Assembly (NCBI GenBank): GCA_030141605.1
Contig: JAQGDQ010000560.1
Location: forward strand, 62,001 to 126,000
Direction: 5' to 3'
DNA length: 64,000 bases
Source of the DNA: Tubiluchus corallicola
Taxonomy: Eukaryota > Animalia > Priapulida
Of the stretch, positions 13,040-24,679 are shown piece after piece (position 1 is the stretch's first letter; each line of letters starts with the position of its first letter). The notes below the pieces were generated by a model. It was given only the letters and a program-made list of their open reading frames with translations, was not told where the DNA came from and searched no databases. The position numbers were made by a program, and so were the translations under genes.

Positions 13040-13742
13040 CAGTGGCGGCTTGTGTATTGATACTGTGGAACTGCAGCACCCCCTATTTTCACTCGATATT
13101 ATCTTTAACATTTAATATAATGAGTCTTGATTTCTTTAATTCTTTCTTTATGCTTGTACAGAACCAGAGCACGCAACTGAACTGTGCGTTTCACAGCCCA
13201 GGTCAGTGTGTTCACAGTTTCAGTGATGAGATGTTTGGTTGCTGTGCTCATACGGCCGCACACACATATCTGAGATAAGACGCTGCCACGCAAAGTAGAT
13301 AAAACGCTGTCGCTCAGTATCTATGTTGTCAGTTGTGAGGTGGTTAAAACTATGTACTGGCATATTCTTGAATGTGATAAAGTGTTGAATTAGAAATTAG
13401 AATTGGATTTCTAGCGTGTGTTGTGCTTGGAATTTAAGTAATTTAACCATGGATGCCTTGCCTCCCCAAGAAATAAGTTCTGTGACTGAAAGTGAACTAC
13501 AACAACTTAAGTTTTTACAGTTGTCTCTCCATGAGAAAGTTGCAGTTAAGAAAAGAGGCGGTTCTACACCCGATATTCAAATATCTCAAATAAATTTTTG
13601 TATGTTTGTTTGTTTAAAATTACAATTACAAATTACAACATTAAAATTACATATGTTTGTTTTATTTTGCACAGCATCAAAACAATGGCTAAAAATTTTA
13701 TGAAGCAGCACCCCCACTAATTTTAACTACGGGATGCCACTG
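13040..13742. mobile_element. hAT-like MITE (CAGTGGC termini)
   Basis: CAGTGGC...GCCACTG; near-TSD TTTAGGTG/ATTAGGTC; inverted homologs at about 21490-21943, 25928-26390, 63170-63560. Confidence 0.8.
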
Positions 13743-13804
13743 ATTAGGTCGGGACAAAAGAGACGCAACAGCTGGAAAACAAAGTAGAAAATCTAACAGC
13801 TTAC

Positions 13805-13933
13805 TGCAGCAATAGGAATATATAGGCATTCGATGGCAGATGACGACTGTCGCTCTGTGTTTGCTGGAACCGACTTGAGACACTTTTTCATTAACTGACA
13901 TTTATAAAGTTGGCCTGCTGCTGACTCATTCTC
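13805..13933 (-). CDS. RTKN: Rhotekin exon 10 (PH domain N-terminal part, ENESAAGQLYKCQL...YIPIAA)
   Basis: Poly-T acceptor tatctag, donor gtaagc, 129 nt open in phase 0-0; not in the ORF track. Confidence 0.85.
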
Positions 13934-14507
13934 CTAGATAAAAAAAACAATATACTAGATCATTGTAATAGAGTAAGAAATGGTTTTGAATTCGTACATT
14001 TGTGAGCGTATGATGACTGTTTATGTCGTGAATTCTAAGCAAACTATTGCTTTCGACAATACAAGTTGAAATCAGCCATTGGCTTGTTGGGTCGCTTGCT
14101 TGCGAAGAAACTCTACACACCATAATGCTGTTCTCTTTCAAGACTTGAGTTTTTTATAATTTTTAATATTGTGATTTCGCAAGAGTTACTAGGCATTGCA
14201 AACTGTCACGAAAAACAGATTCCATGACAACAGTAAAATGGTATTTCAAATGGCCCATTCACGGCAAACAGATTCACAGCAAAGGCAGATTCTAAATGAA
14301 GTATTCATAAAAAATAGATTCATGACAATAATGGCTTGATAAATGGCACAATCACGAACAACGGATTCCATGACAATGGTAAATGGTGTTCTAAATGGCA
14401 CAGTGAACAACATGAACAACAAACGAAACAGCGCTAAACGGGGAGTCGTTAAGCGAAGACTTGCTGTATAAGAGAAACTCGTATACCTGTACCTGTGCGG
14501 CACTTAC

Positions 14508-14611
14508 CTGGATATGCAAAACTCCGCTGACACCTTCAATGATGTGATAAAGAGGCTGAACTGCAAGGCGACAACAAAAGTGACCAAAAAGTGGTAAGAC
14601 AGCCCCTTGGC
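14508..14611 (-). CDS. RTKN: Rhotekin exon 9 (LPLFGHFCCRLAVQP)
   Basis: Signature rhotekin motif LPLxGxxCCRLxxQP; AG/GTAAGT. Confidence 0.96.
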
Positions 14612-14904
14612 CTGTAACACAGAGAACAGTTCAAATACTTTGCTAAAACGGTCTACACATACATCACCGTGACGTATCTGACGCATCCAGTAAGTTCAAA
14701 CTGTAACTTTTGTGTTTTTATAATTACTGCAAATTATGTGTCATCATTTATAAAAAAAAACTCGTTAATTTTTTTCACTTATTTTAGTACTATTGTTGTT
14801 GTAGTCCGGTATATTGCAGTTTAGTCTTGATCCTATAGTGTTAACAGAACTTAACATTTAATAGTTGAAGTGAACACAGACAGCAAGAGCTACAGTCTTG
14901 AACA

Positions 14905-15116
14905 CAAGTTCGTGTTTCCGATCTTACATCTCTGTATGGCATACCGATAGTATGTGCATTACTATATTTCGTTACTTTACAGTTCATTTGGTGCCTGAGA
15001 ACGGATTATTCAGTTTTACATTATTTATTATGAGAATAAATGATTCAGTTCTCAACCAAATAGATTTTCAAACGCTTTTTAGGAACGAATTATGGTCGAA
15101 AACCGAGGTATGACTG
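14905..15116. mobile_element. Partial inverted copy of CAGTAGTACCTC-TIR MITE family
   Basis: Reverse-complement homology to 31528-32198 and 49226-49729. Confidence 0.7.
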
Positions 15117-15189
15117 CATACGGAAAAATTACGAGACTCAAAAAATCATTTTATACGTGGCTTTTGTGACAAAGCTACTTATATTTTAC

Positions 15190-15290
15190 CTTGTGAACAA
15201 TCATGCAAAGTCAAGTCGTGAGACTTTATTTCACAGTGCACATCTGACAGTTGAAATGTCGCTACAGCCAGCTTTTGAAACTTTGGTCCT
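15190..15290 (-). CDS. RTKN: Rhotekin exon 8 (GPKFQKLAVATFQLSDV...SHDLTL)
   Basis: Anillin-homology motif; AG/GT; 101 nt, phases fit. Confidence 0.94.
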
Positions 15291-15647
15291 CTGAAAGTAA
15301 AAAAATGAACTTTTGTTTACTCATTCAAGCATTTCACCCAGTCACTTGCAGACCAGGTTCAGTACATCTTAACTTCAGTAGATGAGGCTCCATCATTATC
15401 ACAGGGTCATGGACGTCGCCTCAACAACATTTTGACATATAAGTGAAAGGCTAATAATTACAGTTTACAAAACAGTTCTAAAACAGCAAGGTTGAGTTAC
15501 ACGTAAGGGATTTAGTTTTCGACGGCACATTATTTAGTCTCCTCTTCTCGGCAAGTCACGCACAGGATCATTTTGGTGTTTTGGTATTGATTCGTCTGTA
15601 ATCAAGATAAGCCTCGCCAAGAGTTGGATTTAAATTAAGTCATAAGT

Positions 15648-15840
15648 CAGGGGTGTGCAAATTATCTGACTAGCCGGGCCACATTAAACTTTCACGCAAT
15701 TCCTGCGGGCCACAGGCAGTTTGATCAAGGATACACTCAATACACTCAATTAATCACCCGGGCCGCACTTTCATTAGGTTGACAAATCTCTTCGCGGGCC
15801 GCACAAATTCTCTCGGCGGGCCGCAATTTGCACACCCCTC
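15648..15840. mobile_element. hAT (Charlie-like) MITE
   Basis: TIR CAGGGGTGTGCAAATT; 8-bp TSD TCATAAGT/TCATAAAT; GGGCCGC subterminal repeats. Confidence 0.88.
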
Positions 15841-16249
15841 TCATAAATCATTTCACATTACACATTTACAATAGTTTCATATACAATATCTAGTAAAAGG
15901 GCCTACAATGAACATAATACAAATAAGAAATACTGCACAGGAAAAGCCTCAAACACTGTTCACTTATATACGAAGGTAAATGTGCTGCGACCAATCAAAA
16001 AGCAGGGCTTGTCAGATTGTCCCACACAGTGACAGAAAAAAAAGTAATGGAAATAACCTAAAAATTTAAAGTGAATCGTGATAAAAAAACATTAGTGCTT
16101 AAAATGGAACGATGCAAATTATATTTGCAATAAATCCACTGCTTTTTTAAATAATAAATAATCCATCTCTAATGCATTATTTGAATTTATAAGAAAACAT
16201 CACGACAAAACTTTGTGAACAAAACAAACAAACAATAGCTGATACTCAC

Positions 16250-16275
16250 GTGTCTAGCCGATCATCGGGTAAACC
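16250..16275 (-). CDS. RTKN: Rhotekin exon 7, 26-nt microexon (GLPDDRLDT)
   Basis: Long pyrimidine tract + ttcag, donor gtgagt; needed to reconcile phase 0 to phase 2. Confidence 0.82.
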
Positions 16276-16434
16276 CTGAAATTATGAGAAAAGAAAAAGA
16301 AATTAGCAAATTGTAAAACTTATTACTATTATTCCACTCTAACCAAAGCAGCAAATATTTATAGTGAAATTTCTACCAGCGAAGTGCCTTAAAATTGTAA
16401 ACTGAATGCAAGTAAGTTCACATTGTAGCTCATA

Positions 16435-17095
16435 CAGTAAGTCCTCGCTTAACGACTCACTGTTTAGAGACGTTTCGTTTTAACAACGCTGACCTTGTGA
16501 TACCTGTTTTTCACTTAACGATGCACGTTTCAATTTGATGATGATTTTTTTACTTTGCTCGAAGCCAATTTTCATTTTATCAACAATATTTATATGTAAT
16601 TTGAAGCATTAAAACAGCTCATATTGCATTATTCTGTTCTAAAAATGCACTAGTAATGTAAACAGTGTAATTACTATACACGTTTTTCCTTTCTGAATGA
16701 CTACTAAATGCTAGCAGTTTATAGAGAGAGACCCCCAAACAAACTTTATGTATGCAACCCGTTGCTATAGCAACCAGACAAAGTATCTAGATAAAATTCC
16801 CAAGGTCAACCAGGTCTTGGCTTTCACTCTGCTGCAGAGTTTATTGGTTAACCGCTGTCTAGGCTAAGAAATTAATGAAAGAGCAACCACTATAGCTAGT
16901 TATTGGTAAATAAGATACATACGTGGTTTCAAGACAGCAGAAAGAAACTAATCAGTAGAAACTCGAGTGAAACTCGTAAAACTTTCAATTTATATGATTT
17001 AAGCAGCAGTGATTTTTGGTTCTGAAATGTATTTCAATTCTTTTACATTACTTTCTATGGAAGTCTCGGTTTCGTTGAAAGACATTTATCTTAAT
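16435..17095. mobile_element. pogo/Tigger-like MITE (CAGTAAGTCCTCGCTTAACG)
   Basis: Inverted homolog of 26682-27314; TA at left end; right end eroded. Confidence 0.7.
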
Positions 17096-17129
17096 GTAGC
17101 ATTCTGCTATCATTTAAACGCGGTACAGT

Positions 17130-18739
17130 CAGGGATGAGAATGACAAACTGCAAAAAAAAACTCTGAAACAGGCCGGGGGTTTGGGGGCCGTGTAGACAG
17201 CAAGAATTGCAATTTTGTGACCATAGACAGCCATAAGTGGACTTAAAATATCAGTTACCTTGTGTACAGGACAGTGCTGCCCTCTGAGGCCAGCAGGCAG
17301 TTACCTCAACTTACCTGTCAGGTGATTTCATGGTTGACGACTTTAGTACCTGGCTTTGTGAAATGCTGCTCACACTTGGTCTTGATATGTTAGGACTGAA
17401 CACATGTGAATTATAGATTTGTGGCTTGATAACTGTATTGATTCCTGCTGTCTGCAGTCTGTCACTAAAGGTGCTCTAATGTTTGGGCAAGGATGTAAGT
17501 TGCTTTTATTTAATTTGATAATTTTTGCTGATTTGACTAATTACTGAAATTAACTGTTAGTGAAATGTTACTTTAAGAGATTTGCTTGTGTTTGTACTAA
17601 TTTGAAGTTATTAATTCATAAAATATGCTGCAATGAAATTATTTACATATCTGTATTCTTAACAGAATAAACAACTAATGTACACACTTATGTCTGGACT
17701 TGATGTTTGGAATGGAGTGTTTGAGCATTCTTGGTCACTCTTGAAGAAATGGGTCATGCATGCTACACCTTGTTTCATGCATAATTTAAAATACCCAACT
17801 ATCAAGGATACATGATACCTAATTGTCTCAAAGACGCCTAAGTACTGGCTGCTCCTATGCAAAAGTATATAAAAACTGTCTGCAATTGACTCAAATAAAT
17901 CCGCACAGTTGATTCTATATTTTTATACATAGAGATATACACGTGGTTACACTGATGTACGTGATGTAAACAAAGTGACGGCCTGCCAACTAGCGGTCAG
18001 CTTGTGAAATAATGTACAGTCTAGCCTCGTTATCTCACCACTGTCCGTCTAGGGCAAATTTTTGGCAAGAGGCGAGTATGGCGAGATAACGGGAATATAA
18101 CGAAGTTAGTCTATATGTATATACATAATAGTTGATTAACATAGTGTTCCTCTATGTACATATAAAACATATTTCGCATTATGATACCAATCAACATTAA
18201 ATCAGAAATGAAAAAATGTCATAAAAATAATCTTATAATGTTACTTTTTTATTTAAAAAACCTTTTTCGAGTATACACTTAAATGCAATAAACTTAGCAA
18301 AAGATTTAGAAATGTTCACAAATGAGTTACTGACGACTGAAATAATTCAGAAGAGACGACTGTTTCATTGATGATACACGCAAGCAGTCAACATGACGTT
18401 TAATCAAACACAATCCTTGAATATCGTCGCTTAAACGCAGCTTGTCTGTTTGGCGACATAACGAATATAGTTTACATAAGCACTCATCCTAGCATGACGT
18501 GGCGAGGGCGAGAAGCGAGGGTGGCAACTTAACGAGGTAAATATCAAAGCAGGAAATCCGTCCTGGTACTTTCTATGGTGAGAGACGAGTTTGGCGGCAG
18601 GTAAGGTCGGGATAACGTAGCTAGACTATACTGGGTCTGTAAAAATTTTCTTAACGAATTTACGCAATTTACAAAAATGGCACTACTGGTCTTCCAAAAA
18701 CTCGGAATTTTGCGTATCCACAGAAAATTCTCATCCCTG
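17130..18739. mobile_element. hAT-like element (TIR CAGGGATGAGAAT) containing a nested MITE
   Basis: 13-bp TIRs; shorter inverted homolog at 25375-25858. Confidence 0.8.
18017..18628. mobile_element. pogo/Tc1-like MITE nested in hAT-like element
   Basis: TIR CAGTCTAGCCTCGTTATC, TA TSD; empty site visible in the 25375 copy. Confidence 0.85.
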
Positions 18740-18800
18740 AAAATCACATTAAAACTTTAGCATACTCACAGCGACATGCACGAATAACGTCTCAACTTAC

Positions 18801-18933
18801 AGATTTTACACGGACACAAGATTCTGATCTTCTCCTTAACCGCTTCTTCATCGAAACCTCGCTGAGTGACTCATCCAACCTCTTACAGCAATAAACCTCA
18901 AAACTCATGTTGAAATCGGCGCAGACGTCTTCG
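18801..18933 (-). CDS. RTKN: Rhotekin exon 6 (EDVCADFNMSFEVYCC...)
   Basis: AG/GTAAGT, 133 nt; anillin-homology DFxxxxExY motif. Confidence 0.93.
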
Positions 18934-19329
18934 CTGTGAACATTTTTAAACGTAAATTACATTAAAAATTGTGAAAAAATGTTAAAAATTGTTTACAGTT
19001 AAAAAAGAGTAAAAACAAACTATATCGTTAATCAGTATTAAATGTAATGAAATTCAGTACTTTTGACATGGTTTATATATTCATCATATGTAAATAATCA
19101 AAAATATCGTTCAAATTTTCCATGATTATTTTCATGAATTTCCATGGATCAGTCATGGATCTCAAATATGCTTGAAACATACTCACTGCAGTCCAGACTA
19201 AAATAACACACTCGAAATCCAGCTGATTTACAGCCACAAACGGTAGTTTTATTGCGCACTTTTTGTGATGTGTGCTTGCAAGTCAAAACCGTCCGTAAGT
19301 CGGCATAGGTAAAACTGCGTTACGATGCT

Positions 19330-19920
19330 TCAAAGTAGAATGCACCAAAAATGTGGACAAATGTCAATTTTTTGTTTTCCATAAAAAATAATGCTAAATA
19401 TATTGTACCTTTATACACTAGCATCAAATTATCAGGAAAATGTCTAAAAATACTAAAAATCTAATTTCATAACCCAGTACCCACTTTTCTGACTAGAAAC
19501 TAGTACTGCAATTGTAAAAAACTTGTATTTTCAAACTCCGGTTGTAGCTCCTGAAAGCAGCCATTTTGCTTTGGGTTTTTTCTGTTGCCAAGCCCAGATC
19601 TTTGTCAGGAAGAGTCATCTACTGGATTTAAACGTAACTTCAATGTGCTCTTGCGAAGTGCATAGCAACCACACTTTGGTGCGGTTGCTAAGTGTTTTGT
19701 AGAAATGCGACAAAAAACAATGGCTAACAGTGATTTTCTCAAGATTATGTTTTTCAGTGAGCAGCCTGCACCTCAAATTGAACATGGATTATCTCAGCTT
19801 ACAAATAACATAGAGCCATGAATTTGGTATCAAAATGATCCTCATGAAATGGAGATACAGGATATGTGAATAACTAGAAAAGCTTAAATGCCGACTTGTG
19901 CACGATTTTGCTAAGAAAGC
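19330..19920. mobile_element. Dispersed MITE-like repeat (inverted homolog of 3975-4720)
   Basis: Long reverse-complement homology. Confidence 0.75.
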
Positions 19921-20270
19921 ATGAATTTGATAAAGTTTGAAATGCTCATGCTTTAGAAAATTGTAATTTGATGCAAGCAAACCTGATAGCGGGCAAAAAA
20001 TTGGAAATTCACGGCCTAAAAACTTCCAAAAGGCAAAAATCCAGTAAATTATCAACTACATTTTTACTATTTGTGTATTGTGGCTCAATATTTTGATTAA
20101 CTAATTAAATAAATAATTAATTTGATAAGCAAACTAGATACTCACAGGAGTTAATTTATACTTACTAAGAAAAATTAGAAAAAATAGATAAATAAGCTGG
20201 GAAGCCTGAAAAATGTTGTTCTCCCTCGGGATTCGAACCTCAATCTCTCGCGTATCAGAAAACTACTTAC

Positions 20271-20394
20271 AATAAAAATACATCGGAAAAACTGATGTCA
20301 GTCGAGGTGGCATCAACGTTGTCCAGCAGTTCTGAACCTCTAACGTCGGCGCCGACTTTAACCAAACAAAAGACAGCAAAGTTCTCGCTGTGAC
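20271..20394 (-). CDS. RTKN: Rhotekin exon 5 (NFAVFCLVKVG...TDISFSDVFLF)
   Basis: Conserved AVF and TDISF motifs; AG/GTAAGT. Confidence 0.95.
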
Positions 20395-20691
20395 CTAAGA
20401 AACGCGACGATAAAAAATTTAAAGTTAAATAATGCGTCAAAGTTTAAATTTGCTTGATATTTTAAAATTCAGCAAAGCCTATGGTACCGTACAGCACCAC
20501 TGCTGGGACATAAGATGATACCAGTCATGAACAAGGGTACACTGGTAGTACCTAAACAATAGCCAACAATTTAATGAAGAAAATCAGTGTACTTGTACTT
20601 TAATAGCAAGCAAGATCAGCAACAATCTAGTCACTTTTGATAGTCACTATTAACATGTCTAACTTCCGAAATCTAAGTTTAAGACTGTATA

Positions 20692-20925
20692 GACCAGACG
20701 GTTTAGCCTTGTGGTAACGCGTCCGCTTTTGGCCTGGGAGGTCGTGAGTTCGAGAGAGCGGCCGGGTCATACCAAAGACTTTAAAAATGGTACCTGCTGT
20801 TGCCCTGCCTGACGTGTGGTATATAGGGTAAAAGTGGGGTAATAATAGCTCTTTGAGTTAATGTTAATTGTGCACCCAAAAGCCGACTTTATATAAATAT
20901 TGTTATTATTACTATTACTATTATG
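20692..20925 (+). mobile_element. tRNA-derived SINE with conserved central core
   Basis: A-box-like TAGCCTTGTGG, B-box-like GAGTTCGAG, core GGTCATACCAAAGACTTTAAAAATGG, TTA/CTA-rich tail. Confidence 0.75.
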
Positions 20926-21000
20926 TGTGATGCGATCAGTCAAAAAAAAAGAATTATAACATGCAGACGATAAAGCAACAAACAGATGGCATATTCATGT

Positions 21001-22003
21001 CAGGGTGAGCATTCTCTGCCAGAATTTGTCACTTTCGAACTAGAATCAAACCGAGTTCAAACTAGAATCAAACTAGACTCAAATCTGAATCAAATTTGAA
21101 CTCCATGTTAAAGATAAAACCGGACTCAATCTTAAACTGTAGGTCAAAACAATCTACCCTTTAAAATATTGAAAGGAAACATGCTGTTTTTTCAAAAAAT
21201 GACTTCCGTAAAAGAATTTTTACCACACAAACACAATTTCACGTTCGCACCACTAGTTCTTCCCTGTTACATGCATTTTGCCATTCGCCAGTTAGACTGG
21301 CACCAGTGCCTGCATTTCGGAAGCGCATTGCACGAAAACAGGTACTTCACCGTTCAGTTCAGAAGTGTTAATTTGTGACGAACTACACACATTCGACAGG
21401 TCATGCGTGAGCACAGTAGTAAATTTGAAATTTTATCTTAAAACTTGCCTAGTTTTAGTACAACGCACTGAATATCTTACAGTAACACTGTAATTCAATT
21501 TTTGTAATTTTAATGTTGTAATTGTAATTTTAAAAAAACAAACAAAATTTATACATAAACTTGATAAAATCCTAAACAAAAAATGTTTGCTTACGAAGAA
21601 CCTAAATTGTAGCAGTTAAAAATATGCCAGTACCTGTTTTTTAAACACGTGACCATTGACAACACACAAGGACGGAGCGACAGTACTCTTTCTACCTAAA
21701 GTACAGTGTGTTATCTCAGACATGCGCACATGGCCGCATGCACACAACAGCCAAATACCATGTAGTTTGAGCTGTAAGCACACAGCACTGGGCTGTGAAG
21801 CAAACAGTACTACCCTCACATGCTCTGGTTCCGTGAGAAAGAACTAGAGAAAAATGACTTATTATATTGACTATTATCGATAATATCGAATGAAAATAGG
21901 GGGTGCTGCAGTTCCACAGTACCTATATACGAGCCGCTACTGCATTTGAATATATAATTTTAGGTTCGAGTTGAATTTTAACTGAAGCTTGATGCTCACC
22001 CGT
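21001..22003. mobile_element. Nested TE cluster: GGGTGAGCAT-ended MITE enclosing Kolobok-like and hAT-like pieces
   Basis: Inverted ends GGGTGAGCAT/ATGCTCACCC; internal homology to the 3192-3500 and 13040 families. Confidence 0.6.
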
Positions 22004-22214
22004 TATTCCTACACTCAACCTATATCATTAGTTACAGTAAACAATCTAAAACAAAAACAAGTAAGATTTTACAATCACTCGCCTCTATGACATCACCTTT
22101 TGAAGATGAATGCGAATTCATTAACCTTGCACTATAATTATTAGTTGTTATTACTTCGTTAACGTTTTACAGTAATAACGTAAAAACTAAACACATAAAG
22201 GAAAATTGAAGTAC

Positions 22215-22271
22215 CTTTTGATTTCTTGTTAAAATGATCAACATCATTCCACTGCAAAGGTATTCTTATGT
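22215..22271 (-). CDS. RTKN: Rhotekin exon 4 (DIRIPLQWNDVDHF)
   Basis: Signature DxRIPLxW motif; 57 nt phase 1-1. Confidence 0.95.
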
Positions 22272-22584
22272 CTGGAAAAACAAGTTATGTATAAAATTAA
22301 ACGTACTGAGAAATAATTGATTGTCATATTCTAGTAATACAGTAAGTACAACTTGGATTATCTCAGCTTAGAAATAACATAGAGAGATGAACTTGGTATC
22401 AAAATGATCCTCATGAGGTGGAGATTCAGGGCTTGTGAATAGCTGGAAAAGCTTGATTGCTGACTTATGGACGACTATGCTATGAAGCACACATTTTAAC
22501 TGAGAAATGCACATAATGATAATTATTTCGCAGAGAAATTAACAGCAAGATTATTTAATGTTTACAAATTATGAAAACACATAC

Positions 22585-22631
22585 CAGACAGGCATATCTT
22601 TCCATTGCACGCCGCCAGTGTTGAATTTAAC
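22585..22631 (-). CDS. RTKN: Rhotekin exon 3 (LNSTLAACNGKICLS)
   Basis: CxGxxCxSD motif; AG/GTATGT; 47 nt. Confidence 0.9.
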
Positions 22632-22989
22632 CTATATTAAAATATAATGCAAAATGAATAAGCATAATGTTAAGTACTTTTATAAAACGAAGGCATGCCG
22701 AGTGGTCATGGTGTGCACTTGACCTTCAAAATTAAAGGTATCAAGCCTGGCTAGGAAGTGGATGCATGACCACCAGAAAGAAAACTTCTGGGATGTTTCA
22801 CCTGCCATAGTGCTTGGGTTATTTTTTGGCTGAAGAAGGATGTACACACATACAAACATGTCTTGCACACCTCTGCCAATCTACAACTCATTTTAGAGAA
22901 TTTTCCTTGATAGCGACACAGGTCCTGGTCCAGCCACACACTAATAATTTGAGCAGGTCTTGCTGTTGAAAGTATGATTCTGCTTTCTG

Positions 22990-23280
22990 TGTGCCATTAT
23001 GTACACTTGACAACGCCACGCTGCCAAGCTATTTTAGTAGAAATAGTTTTAACAGCTAGTTGGAGTCTTGCCTAGTTTATTTTTTCTTGTAAGTCACTCT
23101 ATGTGCAGACTAATGCATAGTTAAGTTCATGTAAACCAAATGAAGTTACTGAATTGATACAGCAGACGATTTCGCTTTACACACGTCACGTGACGGTTGT
23201 AGTTAAGATGTGTTGCTGTGGTACACTTAACCTTTGACCTGCAGCAAACGAAACTGTGAAAAGGCTGTTTTTCACTTTTG
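22990..23280. mobile_element. Dispersed repeat, inverted homolog at about 42050-42420
   Basis: Shared GGTACACTTAACCTTTGACCT and flanking homology. Confidence 0.6.
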
Positions 23281-23521
23281 AAAACGTGTGCAATGCTAAC
23301 GTCTATATAGAACGTTTGTGCTGTTGAAAATTACGTTCAATCGTGATGTCATCACTAGTTGGGCTTACCTGCCGTTAACTATGTTTTTAGCCTATTATTT
23401 AATTACCAGGAATATTTTGACATTATTATTGGTGTTAGAATATATACTTTTTGCCATACTTCAAAATGGGCAGTATATGAAAAATCGTCCTGCTTCTCTT
23501 TAAAGATGGCAAACTACTTAC

Positions 23522-23724
23522 ATGCTGTACGACCCTGATGATAAAACCTCTCTGTTCTTTTTACCCTGCAATTCAGACATGTATGCCAACAGCCGAGCAT
23601 TTGAAACAAGGTAGTTCTTGGCAGCCTCTAGCAGTTGTACAGGGCTGTGGCTTGCAGCAAGCAATTTTTTCGTACCGTCCAACATTCGAATCTCATGTTC
23701 TATTCGGGCCTCTATGTCACCATT
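23522..23724 (-). CDS. RTKN: Rhotekin exon 2 (HR1 Rho-binding domain)
   Basis: IEHEIRMLDGTKKLLAA...LEAAKNYLVSNARLLAYMSELQ matches rhotekin HR1; AG/GTAAGT. Confidence 0.97.
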
Positions 23725-23975
23725 CTAAAACAATGTGCAAAGTGAAAGTTAGTATGAAAAAATTTAAAAGTAAATCTGATGATTATTTTGAGTAAGTTGT
23801 AACTTTCAATTTAATTGATTGATTTTTGTATTTGTGTAAACACAATAATAACAGGTCTATTTAGAATGCAAAGCGAACGTTAGGCCTTTACTACAACCGC
23901 TGCTACTATTACTACATACTATTATTTCAGTAAAGTTAGCGTACAATAATGATGCAGTTTCGCAGAAAACCCTAC

Positions 23976-24161
23976 CTTCAAATTTGACATTGGAATTGGG
24001 CAAGGCAAATTACACGCGGACGAAAAAACTGTACCACGGCGAACAGTTTTTGTGTATGGTTTTTGCTTTTTGTGCTTCAAAGTACCACAACTTAAAAATG
24101 ATGCTTTTCTCAACACTTTCGACCGCTTTCTACTAACAGTGGCATCTGAAATCGGCGCCAT
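23976..24161 (-). CDS. RTKN: Rhotekin exon 1 (MAPISD...SNLK)
   Basis: ATG in aaATGG context, 62 open codons, phase-0 donor AAG|gtaggg. Confidence 0.8.
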
Positions 24162-24613
24162 TTAACGTGTAATTTAGTTTAATGTTTTGCCGCTAGGCGG
24201 AGACAATAAAAACATTAACATGTGCTTGAGATGATTACCCACATTGAGTTTCTGTGCTTTATTTTATTTTTTCTTAATTTCAGTAAGATTAAATTTCTTT
24301 GCTGTGATTGATATCTACTTAACAACTAACTCTTAGTCAACCATAAAAGTTTACCTTTTATGCCACAATTTTTAATTTCTGAAAACTAAAAATCTGAAAA
24401 GGCATGACGCACAGGTGTTATGGACTTTAAAGCAGAGCAAGTACTGTGGTCTGTAGTACCACTTGAAAGGGTTGTAGAGATAAAACAAATAATTATTATA
24501 ATTAGGTTTTTTGGAAAGGTTAAAGTATCTTTAAAAATGCTTACCAAAGATGGCAGATGTTACTCGTTCTCTTTTTAATCTTTACTTCATACTTGTTATT
24601 ACTTTCTTTTTAG
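24162..24613. promoter_or_regulatory. Putative bidirectional promoter / 5' UTR region of RTKN and FBXO41
   Basis: Divergent start codons about 520 bp apart; plus-strand acceptor tttttag at 24613 implies a non-coding first exon nearby. Confidence 0.6.
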
Positions 24614-24679
24614 GGTTCACCATTTACTATTAAGTAAAACAAATTACTATACATGTAAACATCTGGAGACTGAACACAA

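Noticed and set aside
13926-14141. ORF considered as the missing PH exon
   Set aside because: No phase-compatible acceptor; 13805-13933 fits phase and splice signals
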